Positions 27,462 to 38,121 of a stretch of 64,000 nucleotides of DNA are shown in pieces. Origin of the DNA: Candidatus Sericytochromatia bacterium (GTDB lineage Bacteria > Cyanobacteriota > Sericytochromatia > S15B-MN24 > VGJW01); contig JAYKHS010000024.1 in the NCBI GenBank assembly GCA_035285865.1, positions 37,030 through 101,029 on the forward strand. The letters are read 5' to 3'. The notes beneath the pieces were generated by a model. It worked only from the letters and a program-made list of their open reading frames with translations. It had not been told where the DNA came from and did no database searches. Every line of letters starts with the position of its first letter. Position 1 is the first letter of the stretch. Both the position numbers and the translations under genes were made by a program.

Positions 27462-28603
27462 AGGTCGCCCTCGTCCACGAATGGCTCACGAACCTCGCCG
27501 GTTCGGAACGCGTGGTCGAAGCCATGGGCACCCTGTTTCCCGGTGCGCCCGTCCACGTCGCGATGCATCGAGGGAATCTGGGGGCCCGCCTCGGCCTTGC
27601 GGACGTGCGTACGTCCTTCCTGCAGCACCTGCCCGTCCCGCATCAGGCGACCCTGCCGCTGATGCCGCTGGCCTTCGAGCTCTTCGACCTGCGGGCCTAC
27701 GACCTGGTCCTCACCAGCACCCATGCCTGTGCCAAGGGCGTCCTGGTCCGTCCCGACGCGCTGCACGTCGCCTACTGCCACACGCCGACCCGCTACCTGT
27801 GGGACATGGCCCCCGAGTACCTGGCGAGCCTGCCCGCCTTTCTGCGCCCCTTGGCGGCGTGGCAACTGCATCGCCTGCGGCAGTGGGACGTCCTCGCGGC
27901 CCGTCGGGTGGACCACTGGATTGCCAACTCGCGGGAGGTCCGCCAGCGCATCCGCCGCTGGTACGGCGCCGACGCCGCCGTGGTCCCCCCACCGGTCGAC
28001 GTCTCGCGCTTCAGGCCGGCCCCGCCCGAAGAAGTGGGCCCGCACTTGCTGGTGGTCTCGCGACTCGTGCCCTACAAGCGGGTCGACCTCGCGGTGGCGG
28101 CCTGCAGTCGGATGGGTGTGCCGTTGCGCGTCATCGGGGATGGGCCCGAGCGACGCAGGCTGGAGGCCATGGCCGGTCCGGGCGTGACCTTCATGGGCGC
28201 GCTGGACGACGCGCGGGTCGCCCACGAGTTGGCGCGTGCAGAAGCCCTGCTGTTTCCCGGCCTCGAGGACTTCGGCATCGTGCCGGTCGAGGCCATGGCC
28301 TCGGGACGTCCCGTGGTAGCCCTGGGCAAGGGGGGCGCGCGCGACTCGGTGCTGCCCGGCACCACCGGGGTGTTCTTCGACGAGGCGGACGTGGATGCCC
28401 TCACGGTCGCGATCGAGGCCGCCCGACGTCACGCTTGGCAACCGCAGATGCTCGTGGCCCATGCTGCCGACTTCGCGCCCGAACGCTTCCGCCAGCGCCT
28501 CGGCAACCTGCTCGATGGTTGGCTCGCGGCACGAGAAGCCGAATCGGACCGGACCGCCCCGGAACAGGTTCGCATCGTGCCGGCCTTGGCAGGGGGCGCC
28601 TGA
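27458..28603 (+). CDS. Glycosyltransferase family 4 (WbaZ-like)
   Basis: VALVHEWL..GSERV, YCHTPTRYLW, SRLVPYKRVD, EDFGIVPVEAMASG. Confidence 0.92.
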   Translation: MKVALVHEWLTNLAGSERVVEAMGTLFPGAPVHVAMHRGNLGARLGLADVRTSFLQHLPVPHQATLPLMPLAFELFDLRAYDLVLTSTHACAKGVLVRPDALHVAYCHTPTRYLWDMAPEYLASLPAFLRPLAAWQLHRLRQWDVLAARRVDHWIANSREVRQRIRRWYGADAAVVPPPVDVSRFRPAPPEEVGPHLLVVSRLVPYKRVDLAVAACSRMGVPLRVIGDGPERRRLEAMAGPGVTFMGALDDARVAHELARAEALLFPGLEDFGIVPVEAMASGRPVVALGKGGARDSVLPGTTGVFFDEADVDALTVAIEAARRHAWQPQMLVAHAADFAPERFRQRLGNLLDGWLAAREAESDRTAPEQVRIVPALAGGA

Positions 28604-30129
28604 TGGCCAACCAGTGGCTGGTCCATGCGACCGGTGCCGTGCCTGCAGAGCATGCTGCCCGCCCCTGGTGGGACGGGGTGCGGCGGCGCACCTTTGCGCT
28701 GGCGATGCCCGGCGTCCTCGCGCTGGACCTGCTGCTGGGCTTCTCGGCCCTGATGCTGGCCTACGCCGCGCGCTTCGTCTGGAAGAACGTCATGGGAGTG
28801 GCCATCGCGCCGCCTGTGCTCCCGTACGTCTGGGGATCGCTCGCGATTTCGGCGGTCTGGGTGCTGGCAATGGCCCTTGCCGGCATGTACCGCGACCGCC
28901 GCGGCGCGGGCCACTTCGAGGACGTGGTGCTGCTGACGGTGGCTCTGGCGCTCGGGACCTTGCTCGTGTTGGCGGCGAGTTTCTTCTACCGCGACTTCTC
29001 GTTCTCGCGCATCTGGGTGGTCATGGGCACGACCGTGGCGTGGCTCATGCTTGCCGCAGGCCATGTCGTCGCCCGCAAGGCCTACCGTGCCTTGATGCGC
29101 CGTGGCTGGGGCTCCCTCAACACCCTCGTCGTGGGTTGCAACAGCCTGGCAGAGACGGTGGGCACGCGGCTCTACCGCCACCCCGAACTGGGTCACCGGC
29201 TCGTGGGCTTCGTGCCCGGCCCTGCAGACGACGTGGCCGGGGATCGCTGGACCTTTCCGGCCTGGAACCGGGCTGAGGGTCGGCTTGCCGGCTGGGGTCA
29301 CGTCCTCGGGACGATGGAGGACCTGGGCACGGTCGTGGTCCGTCACCACATCGACGAGGTGGTCTTCGCACTGCCGGGGGCCAGCTTTCGGGACCTGTTC
29401 GCCTGGATGGCGACGTGTTCCGTCGTTGTTCCGGGCATCCGCTTCCGAATCGTGCCGGATCTGACGGAGTTGGTCACGGCAAAACTGGTCATCGGCGAAT
29501 TGGATGGCGTGCCCACGCTCGAGATTCGCGACGTCCCCCTGCGCAAATGGCATCACCGCTTCATCAAGCGGACGACGGACGTCGTGCTGTCGGGCTCCGC
29601 ACTCATCGTGCTTGCTCCGCTCTTCGGCCTGCTTGCCCTGCTGGTCCGCCTGACACCAGGACCGATTTTCTACGCGCAGGAGCGCATGGGCCGCGATGGC
29701 CGACTCTTCCTCATCTACAAGTTCCGCTCGATGCGCACGGACTCCGAGGACGCCACAGGCCCCGTGTGGGCGCGCCCCGAAGACGACCGCGTGACCCGCG
29801 TGGGCCGGATCCTGCGGCGGTTCAGCCTCGACGAGCTGCCCCAGCTCTGGAACGTGCTTCGGGGAGACATGAGCCTTGTGGGTCCGCGACCGGAACGTCC
29901 CTACTTCGTCGATCGCTTCCGGCAGGAAATCCCCAAGTACATGGACCGCCACCTCGTGCGCTCCGGCCTTACGGGGTGGGCCCAGATCAACGGCCTTCGC
30001 GGCGAAGAAGGGTCGATTGAAGAGCGGACGCGCTACGATATCTACTACGTTGAGAATTGGTCCTGGCTGTTCGACCTCAAGATCATGCTGAGGACCCTGT
30101 ACGAGGTGGTGGCCCACAAGGCCTACTGA
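28603..30129 (+). CDS. Undecaprenyl-phosphate sugar-1-phosphate transferase (WcaJ-like initiating enzyme)
   Basis: N-terminal TMs, [57 protein letters not shown]. Confidence 0.93.
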   Translation: MANQWLVHATGAVPAEHAARPWWDGVRRRTFALAMPGVLALDLLLGFSALMLAYAARFVWKNVMGVAIAPPVLPYVWGSLAISAVWVLAMALAGMYRDRRGAGHFEDVVLLTVALALGTLLVLAASFFYRDFSFSRIWVVMGTTVAWLMLAAGHVVARKAYRALMRRGWGSLNTLVVGCNSLAETVGTRLYRHPELGHRLVGFVPGPADDVAGDRWTFPAWNRAEGRLAGWGHVLGTMEDLGTVVVRHHIDEVVFALPGASFRDLFAWMATCSVVVPGIRFRIVPDLTELVTAKLVIGELDGVPTLEIRDVPLRKWHHRFIKRTTDVVLSGSALIVLAPLFGLLALLVRLTPGPIFYAQERMGRDGRLFLIYKFRSMRTDSEDATGPVWARPEDDRVTRVGRILRRFSLDELPQLWNVLRGDMSLVGPRPERPYFVDRFRQEIPKYMDRHLVRSGLTGWAQINGLRGEEGSIEERTRYDIYYVENWSWLFDLKIMLRTLYEVVAHKAY

Positions 30130-30154
30130 CACCCCCAAGCAGCCCGGGCCAACC

Positions 30155-30595
30155 ATGACCAAATCCCTGATCCTGATTCTTCTCGCCATCGTCATCAGCG
30201 TCGGCGGCCAGCTGTCGCTGAAGTACGGCACGGGCTTGCTGGGGCGCATCGACGGACAGGCCGTTTCCGGAGGCTGGAGCCTGCTGGTTCGTGTCGTGGG
30301 CAACCCCTACATCGTGGCCGGCATCGGTCTGTACGGCCTCGGAGCCGTCGTCTGGATCGTGGTGCTGTCCCGGGTGCCCCTGAGCTTCGCCTATCCGATG
30401 CTGGGCTTGTCCTACGTGCTGGTGCTGCTCGTGAGCCGATTCATCCTGAACGAGCACGTGAGCCTGCTGCGCTGGGTGGGGGCCTTGCTGATCGTGACGG
30501 GCGCCGCGTTGGTCAGCCGTACAGCCGAGGATGGACAGTCGGGGGCGTCGCAAACGGGGATTCCGGCGACTGCCGTGGCCGGGGAGGGACGTTGA
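30155..30595 (+). CDS. SMR/EamA-like 4-TM protein (ArnE/ArnF-like putative flippase)
   Basis: GQLSLKYG, VWIVVLSRVPLSFAYP, ILNEHVS..RWVG. Confidence 0.8.
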   Translation: MTKSLILILLAIVISVGGQLSLKYGTGLLGRIDGQAVSGGWSLLVRVVGNPYIVAGIGLYGLGAVVWIVVLSRVPLSFAYPMLGLSYVLVLLVSRFILNEHVSLLRWVGALLIVTGAALVSRTAEDGQSGASQTGIPATAVAGEGR

Positions 30596-31590
30596 TGGGT
30601 CGGATCCTGGTCGTAGGCGGCGCCGGCTACATCGGCAGCCACGTGGTGAGGGCGTTGCTCCGCCGAGGAGACGACCCTCTGGTCCTGGACGACCTTTCGT
30701 ACGGACACGCGTGGGCCGTTCCCGATAGCCGTCTGATCCGCGGCGATCTCGGGGACGCCGCCCTGCTTCGGCGGGTTTTCGCCGAACACGACATCGAAGC
30801 CGTCATGCACTTCGCCGGCTTGATCGTGGTCAGCGAGAGCACCCGCGATCCGGGCCGCTACTACCGCAACAACGTCTCGGCCACCCTGACGCTCCTCGAG
30901 GAGATGGTCCGGGCCGGCATTGGCCGCTTCATCTTCTCGTCGACGGCCGCCACCTACGGCGTGCCCCGCGAGGTGCCGATTCCCGAGGAACACCCCCAGT
31001 GGCCCATCAACCCCTACGGCTGGTCCAAGTTGATGGTCGAGCGCATGCTGGCCGATTTCGATGTGGCCCACGGCCTGCGTTCCGTGGTCTTCCGGTACTT
31101 CAACGCCGCAGGCGCGCACCCGGACGGAGATCTGGGCGAAGCCCACGATCCCGAGACCCATCTCATCCCGCTGGTCATCCGGGCCGCTCTGGGCCAAGGT
31201 GATCTCAAGGTCTTCGGGGACGATTACGACACGCCTGACGGCACCTGCATCCGGGACTACATTCACGTCTCGGACCTAGCCGATGCCCACCTGCTGGGCC
31301 TGGATCGCCTGCGGTCGGGCGGAAGCAGCGCGTCCTACAACCTGGGCAACGGGGCGGGCTACAGCAACCGCCAGGTCATCCGCACCGTCGAGGAGGTCTC
31401 CGGGCGCTCGGTTCCCTTCACTTGGGCCCCCCGTCGACCCGGCGATCCGGCAATCCTGATCGGCCGCTCGGACCTTGCGAAGACCGAACTGGGCTGGTCC
31501 CCGGCCTTCCCTGCCCTGAAGGACATCGTGGCCACGGCGTGGCGCTGGCACACCGAGGGCCACGCGGCCCGGGAGGCCCTTCGTGGGTAG
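30595..31590 (+). CDS. galE: UDP-glucose 4-epimerase
   Basis: GGAGYIGSH, HFAG, FSSTAATYG, PYGWSK, RYFNAAGA, PETHLIP, DGTCIRDYIHV, RRPGDP. Confidence 0.95.
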   Translation: MGRILVVGGAGYIGSHVVRALLRRGDDPLVLDDLSYGHAWAVPDSRLIRGDLGDAALLRRVFAEHDIEAVMHFAGLIVVSESTRDPGRYYRNNVSATLTLLEEMVRAGIGRFIFSSTAATYGVPREVPIPEEHPQWPINPYGWSKLMVERMLADFDVAHGLRSVVFRYFNAAGAHPDGDLGEAHDPETHLIPLVIRAALGQGDLKVFGDDYDTPDGTCIRDYIHVSDLADAHLLGLDRLRSGGSSASYNLGNGAGYSNRQVIRTVEEVSGRSVPFTWAPRRPGDPAILIGRSDLAKTELGWSPAFPALKDIVATAWRWHTEGHAAREALRG

Positions 31591-32944
31591 ATACTTCGGC
31601 ACCGACGGCATCCGCGGTCTGGCGGGCCGTGACCTGACTGCGGACCTCGCCTTGCGCCTTGGCCGCGCGCTCGCGGAACGCCTGCGCGACCATGAAGGCC
31701 GTCCGTTCGTGGTCGTCGGTCGAGACACGCGGCGATCGGGCCCGATGCTCGAGGCAGCCCTCGCCGCCGGACTGACGGCCGGGGGGGTGGACGTGCGCCT
31801 GCTGGGGGTGGTGCCGACGCCCGCCGTGGCGTGGCTGGCCCGGCATCTGGGTGCGGCTGCGGCCGTCATGATCTCGGCCAGCCACAACCCCGCACCCGAC
31901 AACGGCCTGAAGATCTTCTCGGGTGACGGCTTCAAGCTGCCCGACGAAGTCGAGGCCCGGATCGAGGACCTGATCGACGAGGCCCAGGACCTGCCCGGAA
32001 GCACCGGCGCGGCCATCGGCACCATCACCCATGCTGCCGAAGCCGTCGCGGCCTATGAGGATCATCTTGCCTCCCTGCTGCCCGGAGGACTGTCCGGATG
32101 GAACCTCGTCGTGGATACCGCCCATGGCGCTGCCGCAGGACTCGCCGCAAGGGTCTTCGGCAGGCTGGGCGCGAACGTCGTCTCGCTCGGGGATGCGCCG
32201 GACGGTGACAACATCAATGCCGGCTGCGGATCCACGCACCTGGGTCCGCTGACCGAAGCCGTCGTGCGCCACGGGGCGCGCCTCGGCCTTGCGTTTGACG
32301 GGGACGCCGACCGTTGCCTCGCCGTAGCCGAGGACGGCGCCCAGCTGGACGGCGATCTGCTGATGCTGCTCTGCCTGCGGCAAGGTCTGGAGTCGGGCCG
32401 CTGGCAGCGTGCCGACCTCGTGGCGACGGTCATGAGCAACCTCGGGCTCGAGGAAGCCTTGCGCACGCTCGGGGGCGAACTTGTCCGGGCCAAGGTCGGC
32501 GACCGGTACGTCCTGGAGGAGATGCGCGCCCGGGGTCTGGGCCTGGGCGGGGAACAGAGCGGACACATCATCGACCTCTCGGCCAACACCACCGGTGACG
32601 GCCTCATCACGGCCCTGCGCCTGCTCGAAGCCCTTGCGGCGCTGGATGGGCCGGCCAGTTCGGCGCGTGACCTGCTGACCATCCACCCTCAGTTGTTGCG
32701 CAATGTCCGGGTGCCTTCGGTCAAGGGTTGGGAGAGCCACCCGGACATCCAGAGCGCCATCCGCGCCGCGGAAGAACGTCTTGCGGGACAAGGGCGTCTG
32801 CTGGTCCGCGCCAGCGGGACCGAGCCCCTGATCCGCGTCATGGCGGAAGGCCGCGACGAAGTGCTGGTCCAGCAGGTCGTCTCGGATCTCTGCCAGGTGG
32901 TGGCCCGTTCCTTGAATCCCGAGGGCGGCAAGGTCTGGGCCTGA
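31583..32944 (+). CDS. glmM: Phosphoglucosamine mutase
   Basis: FGTDGIRG, ISASHNP, FDGDADR, TVMSNLG, VGDRYV, GGEQSGH, RASGTEPLIRVM. Confidence 0.96.
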   Translation: MGRYFGTDGIRGLAGRDLTADLALRLGRALAERLRDHEGRPFVVVGRDTRRSGPMLEAALAAGLTAGGVDVRLLGVVPTPAVAWLARHLGAAAAVMISASHNPAPDNGLKIFSGDGFKLPDEVEARIEDLIDEAQDLPGSTGAAIGTITHAAEAVAAYEDHLASLLPGGLSGWNLVVDTAHGAAAGLAARVFGRLGANVVSLGDAPDGDNINAGCGSTHLGPLTEAVVRHGARLGLAFDGDADRCLAVAEDGAQLDGDLLMLLCLRQGLESGRWQRADLVATVMSNLGLEEALRTLGGELVRAKVGDRYVLEEMRARGLGLGGEQSGHIIDLSANTTGDGLITALRLLEALAALDGPASSARDLLTIHPQLLRNVRVPSVKGWESHPDIQSAIRAAEERLAGQGRLLVRASGTEPLIRVMAEGRDEVLVQQVVSDLCQVVARSLNPEGGKVWA

Positions 32945-32947
32945 GGC

Positions 32948-34432
32948 CTACAGCGGCCCGCGGATCCTGTCGACGGCACGAGCCCAGCGGGCTCTGAGTC
33001 CGGTCCGCTCGGCCTGCTCCATCCGTGGCGCGAAGACCTGCTCTTCGCGCGGACGGGGCAAGTCGTCGGGGCCCGCCCAGTACCCGGCCCCGAGGCCCGC
33101 CAACATGGCAGCCCCGCGTGCGGTCGCCTCGACCTTGTCCCCTCGGACGATCCTGCGGCCGCCGAGATCCGCCTGCAGCTCCATCAGCAGGGCGTTGGCC
33201 GAGGCCCCCCCGTCGACCCTGAGGTCGCCAAGACCACCGGGTACCGAGGGCTCCATGGCTTCCAGCAAATCCACGACCTGATGAGCGATGGCCTCGAGCG
33301 TGGCGCGCACGACATGCGCCCGGGTGGTCCCGCGGGTAAGACCCAGAAGGGCCCCACGGGCATCGGCATCCCAGTAGGGAGCCCCCAGACCGGTGAAAGC
33401 CGGAACCATGACGACGCCGCCGCTGTCGGGCACGCTGCGCGCCAGGAGCTCGCTCTCGTGTGCCGCCGCAACCAGGCCCAGGCCATCGCGCAACCACTGC
33501 ACCGCAGCACCCCCGACAAACACGCTGCCCTCGACGGCAAAGGAACGGCGGGTGCCCAGTTGCCAGGCCACGGTACCCAGCAGTCCGGCGCCAGGCACCA
33601 CGGGACGCTCTCCCGCGTGAACCAGGAGGAAGCAGCCTGTGCCGTAGGTATTCTTCGCCTCGCCTGGCGCGAAGCAGCCCTGCCCGAAGAGGGCAGCCTG
33701 CTGATCGCCGGCACAACCGGTGATCGGCACGCCTGCGGGCAAGGATCCCCACGCGACCGTCATGCCGATGGGGCCACTGCTGGGCACAAGGTCGGGAAGG
33801 ATGGCCCGCGGCACCCGCAGGAGCGCACAGAGTTCATCGGACCAATCCCCGGCGTGCAGGTCGTACAGCATGGTGCGGCTGGCGTTCGAGGGGTCCGTGG
33901 CGTGCACCGCCCCACCCGTCAGGTGCCAGATCAGCCACACATCGATCGTGCCTGCAGCCAATTCGCCAGCTTCGGCGCGTGCCCGCGCACCAGGCACGGC
34001 ATCGAGGATCCACGCGAGCTTGGTGCCTGAAAAGTAGGGGTCGAGGACAAGGCCTGTCGCCTGACGCACCCGATCCTCGTGACCCTGTTCGCGAAGGTCG
34101 GCACAGACCTCGGCGGTACGCCGGCACTGCCAGACGATGGCACGATGGATGGGTGCTCCCGTCCGCCTGTCCCAGACCACCACGGTCTCGCGCTGATTCG
34201 TCAGGCCGATCGCGACGGGGCGTTCGCTGCCAGCCGCAGCGAGAGCATCGGCCACGGCATCCCGCGTGCGCTCGAGGATGTCAATCGGGTCATGCTCGAC
34301 CCAGCCAGGCTGCGGGTAGTGCTGGGCAATTTCCCGATAACCGCGGCCACGCTCACGGCCAGCATGGTCGAAAAGCAGGGCTGTCGACCCCGTGGTGCCT
34401 TGATCGATGGCCAGAACCAAGCCTTCACGCAT
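32948..34432 (-). CDS. glpK: Glycerol kinase
   Basis: [69 protein letters not shown]. Confidence 0.96.
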   Translation of the reverse strand: MREGLVLAIDQGTTGSTALLFDHAGRERGRGYREIAQHYPQPGWVEHDPIDILERTRDAVADALAAAGSERPVAIGLTNQRETVVVWDRRTGAPIHRAIVWQCRRTAEVCADLREQGHEDRVRQATGLVLDPYFSGTKLAWILDAVPGARARAEAGELAAGTIDVWLIWHLTGGAVHATDPSNASRTMLYDLHAGDWSDELCALLRVPRAILPDLVPSSGPIGMTVAWGSLPAGVPITGCAGDQQAALFGQGCFAPGEAKNTYGTGCFLLVHAGERPVVPGAGLLGTVAWQLGTRRSFAVEGSVFVGGAAVQWLRDGLGLVAAAHESELLARSVPDSGGVVMVPAFTGLGAPYWDADARGALLGLTRGTTRAHVVRATLEAIAHQVVDLLEAMEPSVPGGLGDLRVDGGASANALLMELQADLGGRRIVRGDKVEATARGAAMLAGLGAGYWAGPDDLPRPREEQVFAPRMEQAERTGLRARWARAVDRIRGPL

Positions 34433-34512
34433 CGTCTCTTCCCCCTGCTTCATCCTACCCGGGGTGGCACGTACCACAGAGGAGGGCAGCCTTCCGTGGC
34501 ATTCTGGTAGCC

Positions 34513-36198
34513 ATGCGACGCTTCCTCACCTGCGCGCTGGGCCTGCTGGTGCTGGCCCGGCCTGCCCTGGCCCAGGATCCCGTGCCGCTGCCCGGCAAGG
34601 CCATCTTTCTTGGAGGCGGCCCGGATCCCGAGGCCCTCCTTGCCGAAGGCCTGAACCAGGCCGCGGGCCAGGCCACGCGCGTCGTCCTGCTGCCGATGGC
34701 CTCGGCACGGCCAAACGTCGCCGCGACAGCCTACGAAAAGGTATTCCGGGACCTCGGCGTGGTCTGCGAGACCCTGCCGATCCGGCAGCGCGGCGATGCC
34801 GCGAAGCCCGGCCTCGTTCGGACCCTGGCAGCCGCCGACCTGGTGTTCATGACCGGCGGCGACCAGAACAGACTGCGCGAGGTTCTGGCCGAAACCCCGC
34901 TGCAAGGCGCGCTCGCCGCCTCGTGGCGACGGGGACAGGTCCTCATGGGCACCAGCGGCGGGTCCATGGCCTGGGGCAGCCGGATGCTGGCCGGGGGCAC
35001 CTCGGCGGAGGCCCTCGACTCCCTGCCGGCCTTCGACATCAAGCCCGGGCTCGACCAACTGCCCGACTGGCTGGTGGACACGCACCTGACGCAGAAGAAC
35101 CGGCTTGGACGGCTGATCATGGGCATGGCCCGAGGCAGCGACAGGCAGGGGCTCGGCATCGACGAACAGACGATGGCCCGGGTGGATGGCCAAGGCCTCG
35201 CCGTCCACGGTAATGGGGCCGTGCACCTCCTCCGCCCTGTCGAGGCCTTTCCGCCCGTTTCGGGCCAGGGTCGCTGGACCGCACTGGGCCCCTTCCGGTG
35301 GCATCGGCTCATCGGCGGGGAGAGCCTGAAGTGGACGGACGAACCCAAGGGCTCGCCGCCTGCTGCCCCGACATCGGGCAGGCCAGGCGGCTTCCTCGGC
35401 TTCGGGGCGCCTGCGCCCGAGGCCCGCCGCATCGGCGCGCCGGGGCAGCCCATCACCCTGCTGGGCATGGCTCCGACCTCCGGTCGCTTGCCCGGCATCT
35501 CGGGCTTCGTGCGCGACGCCGGCGGGTCCCAGGCCACGGTCCTGCTCCTCGCAGGACGCTCGGAAGCTCCCGTGGCCGAGCACTGGAAGGAACATCTGTT
35601 GCTTGCCGGTGCTCGGCGGGTCAATATGCTGGTCGCCGACATGATGACCGAGGCGGCACTGTCTCGTGAGTTGACGCAGGCCTCGGGCTTGTTTCTCGCC
35701 GACGACGGCTCGGCCAGCGTGCTCAAGCGCGCCCTGAAGGATGGAGGACGCCTGCGTGCCCTGCTGCAGCAGTATGGCGAACGCCTGCCGCTGGCTGCGA
35801 GCGGTCCGGGCCTGCGCAGCCTCGGGGATTGGTGCGTCCAGGGCGTACCCGGGCGCGAACCCCTGCGTGTCGACGAGGGTCTTCGTCTTGTTCGCGGCAT
35901 GGTTGCAGAGAACGGGTTGCCCGAGGCATCCCCGATCGAGCGCCTGACCCATGGCGTGCTCAAGGGTGGTGGCCTGCTGGGCCTGGGCCTCTCGCCTGGC
36001 GTCAGCCTGCGCATCGACCATGATCAGATTCAAGTCATGGGCACAGGACAGGCGTGGTTCATCGACGGCGGCGGCGTGACCAGGCGCACCATGCCGGCGC
36101 CGGAAAGCGCGCGTCCCGTCGCGGCCCTCGGCCTGACAGTCAGCATCCTGCCCCCCGAAGGCGTCTTCGACGTCGGTCGCAGGAGACCACGTCGCTAG
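34513..36198 (+). CDS. Secreted cyanophycinase-like peptidase S51 with a second degenerate S51 domain
   Basis: Signal peptide (ALA-Q). Domain 1: FMTGGDQ, GTSGG (Ser), [13 protein letters not shown] (His), GIDE (Glu). Domain 2 aligns by eye but lacks these residues. Confidence 0.85.
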   Translation: MRRFLTCALGLLVLARPALAQDPVPLPGKAIFLGGGPDPEALLAEGLNQAAGQATRVVLLPMASARPNVAATAYEKVFRDLGVVCETLPIRQRGDAAKPGLVRTLAAADLVFMTGGDQNRLREVLAETPLQGALAASWRRGQVLMGTSGGSMAWGSRMLAGGTSAEALDSLPAFDIKPGLDQLPDWLVDTHLTQKNRLGRLIMGMARGSDRQGLGIDEQTMARVDGQGLAVHGNGAVHLLRPVEAFPPVSGQGRWTALGPFRWHRLIGGESLKWTDEPKGSPPAAPTSGRPGGFLGFGAPAPEARRIGAPGQPITLLGMAPTSGRLPGISGFVRDAGGSQATVLLLAGRSEAPVAEHWKEHLLLAGARRVNMLVADMMTEAALSRELTQASGLFLADDGSASVLKRALKDGGRLRALLQQYGERLPLAASGPGLRSLGDWCVQGVPGREPLRVDEGLRLVRGMVAENGLPEASPIERLTHGVLKGGGLLGLGLSPGVSLRIDHDQIQVMGTGQAWFIDGGGVTRRTMPAPESARPVAALGLTVSILPPEGVFDVGRRRPRR

Positions 36199-38093
36199 GG
36201 CACTCGACCATCGGCAGCCCCCCGATGCTGCAGCCTCACGGCGACAAGCGCGACGTCCCCGGGTCGCAACAGCACCGTATCACGGGTTCCTCGAGCGGGT
36301 CGCCACCAGACCAGCCGCCTGCCCGGTGGCAGGCGCAGCGCCCCCTGAGCCTCGGCCTTCCGAGAGGTCCTGTCTGCCACGACAAGCAGGTGACCTGTGG
36401 AGAGGCGCATGGAGGCCACCCGTCGACCAGCCGCGCGAGGCCCGCGCCGGGGACCGAATGGCGACTCGGCCAGCTGATCGAGCGTCACGGGCCCAGGATG
36501 GACCCGGGTCGTCCCTACCACGTGCGCTACCTGCCGGAAACCACGTGCCTGAAGCCCGCGCACGGCCGCCACCCGCAAGCTCCGTTCGGCGCGTGGCGAG
36601 GTCGGCAGGAGCCACAGAGCAGGCAGTCCGCCGCCCCCGGGCAGCAGCCAGGCCGTGCCGGCATGGGGCGCGACCAGCAGCATGGGCCCGCGGACCGGTG
36701 GCACAGGGCGCAAGACGGATGCCGCGAGCAAGGCCGCCAGAAATGCCGGGAGCAGCCGGACGTGCACGTGGTTGCGGGCACCCAGGACCAGCAGGCCTCC
36801 GAGCACCGTCGCACAGACCGGCTGGATGGCCAACGGCAGATAGCAAGGCGTCCCCGGGAGATTGCCCAAGGGTTGCAGCCCGCGCAACAGCAGACCCGCG
36901 GCCTGCCCGAGCAGAGGCCCCGTAAGGCCATGGGGGTCCAACCCGATGAGGCCCAGCAGACAGCGCAGAAAACCGGCAAGCGTCAGGACCGTGACACCGG
37001 CGTCGACAGCCGGCCCGACGACCAGCCCCCAGGGCGTGAGGGTCCCGAAAATGGCCAGTTGCAGAGGAAGGCACCAGAGCTGTGCCCAAAGGCCGGGCCA
37101 CCACCAGCGAAAGACACGGTTGCCGCAGCGCGGCGCCGTCAGGATGCCCCACGTCGCGAGCGTGCTGAAGGCCAGCCCGAGAGAGGTCGCCATCCCCGGG
37201 GCGACGAGCAGCAGACCGAAAACCCCGAGCAGCAGGGCCGGAAGCGCTGCCGGTGGCCGGGCGCTGGCACGCGCAAGCATGACGGCTGTCGCCATCGCGG
37301 CGGCACGTGAGACCGCTGCGTCGAAACCGCACAGTCCGGCGTAGGTCCAGGTCACGAGTCCGAGGAGCAGGCCTGCGAACCAGGGGGCCGAGGCGAGCGG
37401 TCGCAGCCCGCGGGACAGGATGCCCGCCAGCAGGGAGACCTGAAAGCCGCTGACGGCCAGCACATGGCTCAGGCCCAGGTCCCGGAAGCGCCGGACATCA
37501 CCTTCGGTCATGGCAGGCGCGCCTGCACCGAACAGCAAGCTGCGCAGAAAACCGGCTTCTCGTACGGGTACGTCTCGGATCGCAGCCGTCACGACGCGAC
37601 GGGCCAGATCCGCACGCAGGCGGTCGGGATTCCACGGGCTCGGCTCGCGCAGGACCCTCCAGCGGAGACAACGCAGCCGCGGTCCCCCAAGGCGTGTTGC
37701 CTGGGGGCGTCCCTCCACCCGCAAGGTGCGTCCTGCCCAGTCCCCGCTATCGGGCAGGCGCGACCAGACGAGCGTGATATCCTCCGCGGAGCCCTCGATG
37801 ATGCGTGCGCGTGCCTCTGCCTGCCCCCAAGGCAACACGCGCGGCTCCTCGCGCACGCGGACAGTTCCCGTCCATGGGCCCGGCGGCAGCTCGGGCACAC
37901 GGCTCGGCTGCCGCCAGAGAGAGAGGACGGCCCCGGCCAGCAGCAGAAGCAGCGTCCGGCGCGTCGCAAGGTGCCGCAAGTACGGAAGGGCTGCCCAGAG
38001 ACAGCCCGCAAGGAAGGCGCCAGCGGTCACCACACCCACCTCCGGTAGCAGCAGGCCGCCCCACAGGCCGAAGAGCAGCAACAGTTGAGGCAT
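36195..38093 (-). CDS. comEC: ComEC/Rec2 competence DNA channel
   Basis: FRDLGLSHVLAVSGFQV, AVSRAAAM, SLGLAFSTLATWG, PLQLAIFG. No HxHxDH beta-lactamase motif seen. Confidence 0.88.
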   Translation of the reverse strand: MPQLLLLFGLWGGLLLPEVGVVTAGAFLAGCLWAALPYLRHLATRRTLLLLLAGAVLSLWRQPSRVPELPPGPWTGTVRVREEPRVLPWGQAEARARIIEGSAEDITLVWSRLPDSGDWAGRTLRVEGRPQATRLGGPRLRCLRWRVLREPSPWNPDRLRADLARRVVTAAIRDVPVREAGFLRSLLFGAGAPAMTEGDVRRFRDLGLSHVLAVSGFQVSLLAGILSRGLRPLASAPWFAGLLLGLVTWTYAGLCGFDAAVSRAAAMATAVMLARASARPPAALPALLLGVFGLLLVAPGMATSLGLAFSTLATWGILTAPRCGNRVFRWWWPGLWAQLWCLPLQLAIFGTLTPWGLVVGPAVDAGVTVLTLAGFLRCLLGLIGLDPHGLTGPLLGQAAGLLLRGLQPLGNLPGTPCYLPLAIQPVCATVLGGLLVLGARNHVHVRLLPAFLAALLAASVLRPVPPVRGPMLLVAPHAGTAWLLPGGGGLPALWLLPTSPRAERSLRVAAVRGLQARGFRQVAHVVGTTRVHPGPVTLDQLAESPFGPRRGPRAAGRRVASMRLSTGHLLVVADRTSRKAEAQGALRLPPGRRLVWWRPARGTRDTVLLRPGDVALVAVRLQHRGAADGRVP

Positions 38094-38121
38094 GGGCCAC
38101 GCGGGAAGAATCGCAGGGGGT

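Noticed and set aside
27481..28602. 882-aa ORF suggesting a long N-terminal fusion to the WcaJ-like transferase
   Set aside because: The upstream part is an alternative frame of the GT4 gene; the real start is ATG 28603 (TGATG overlap).
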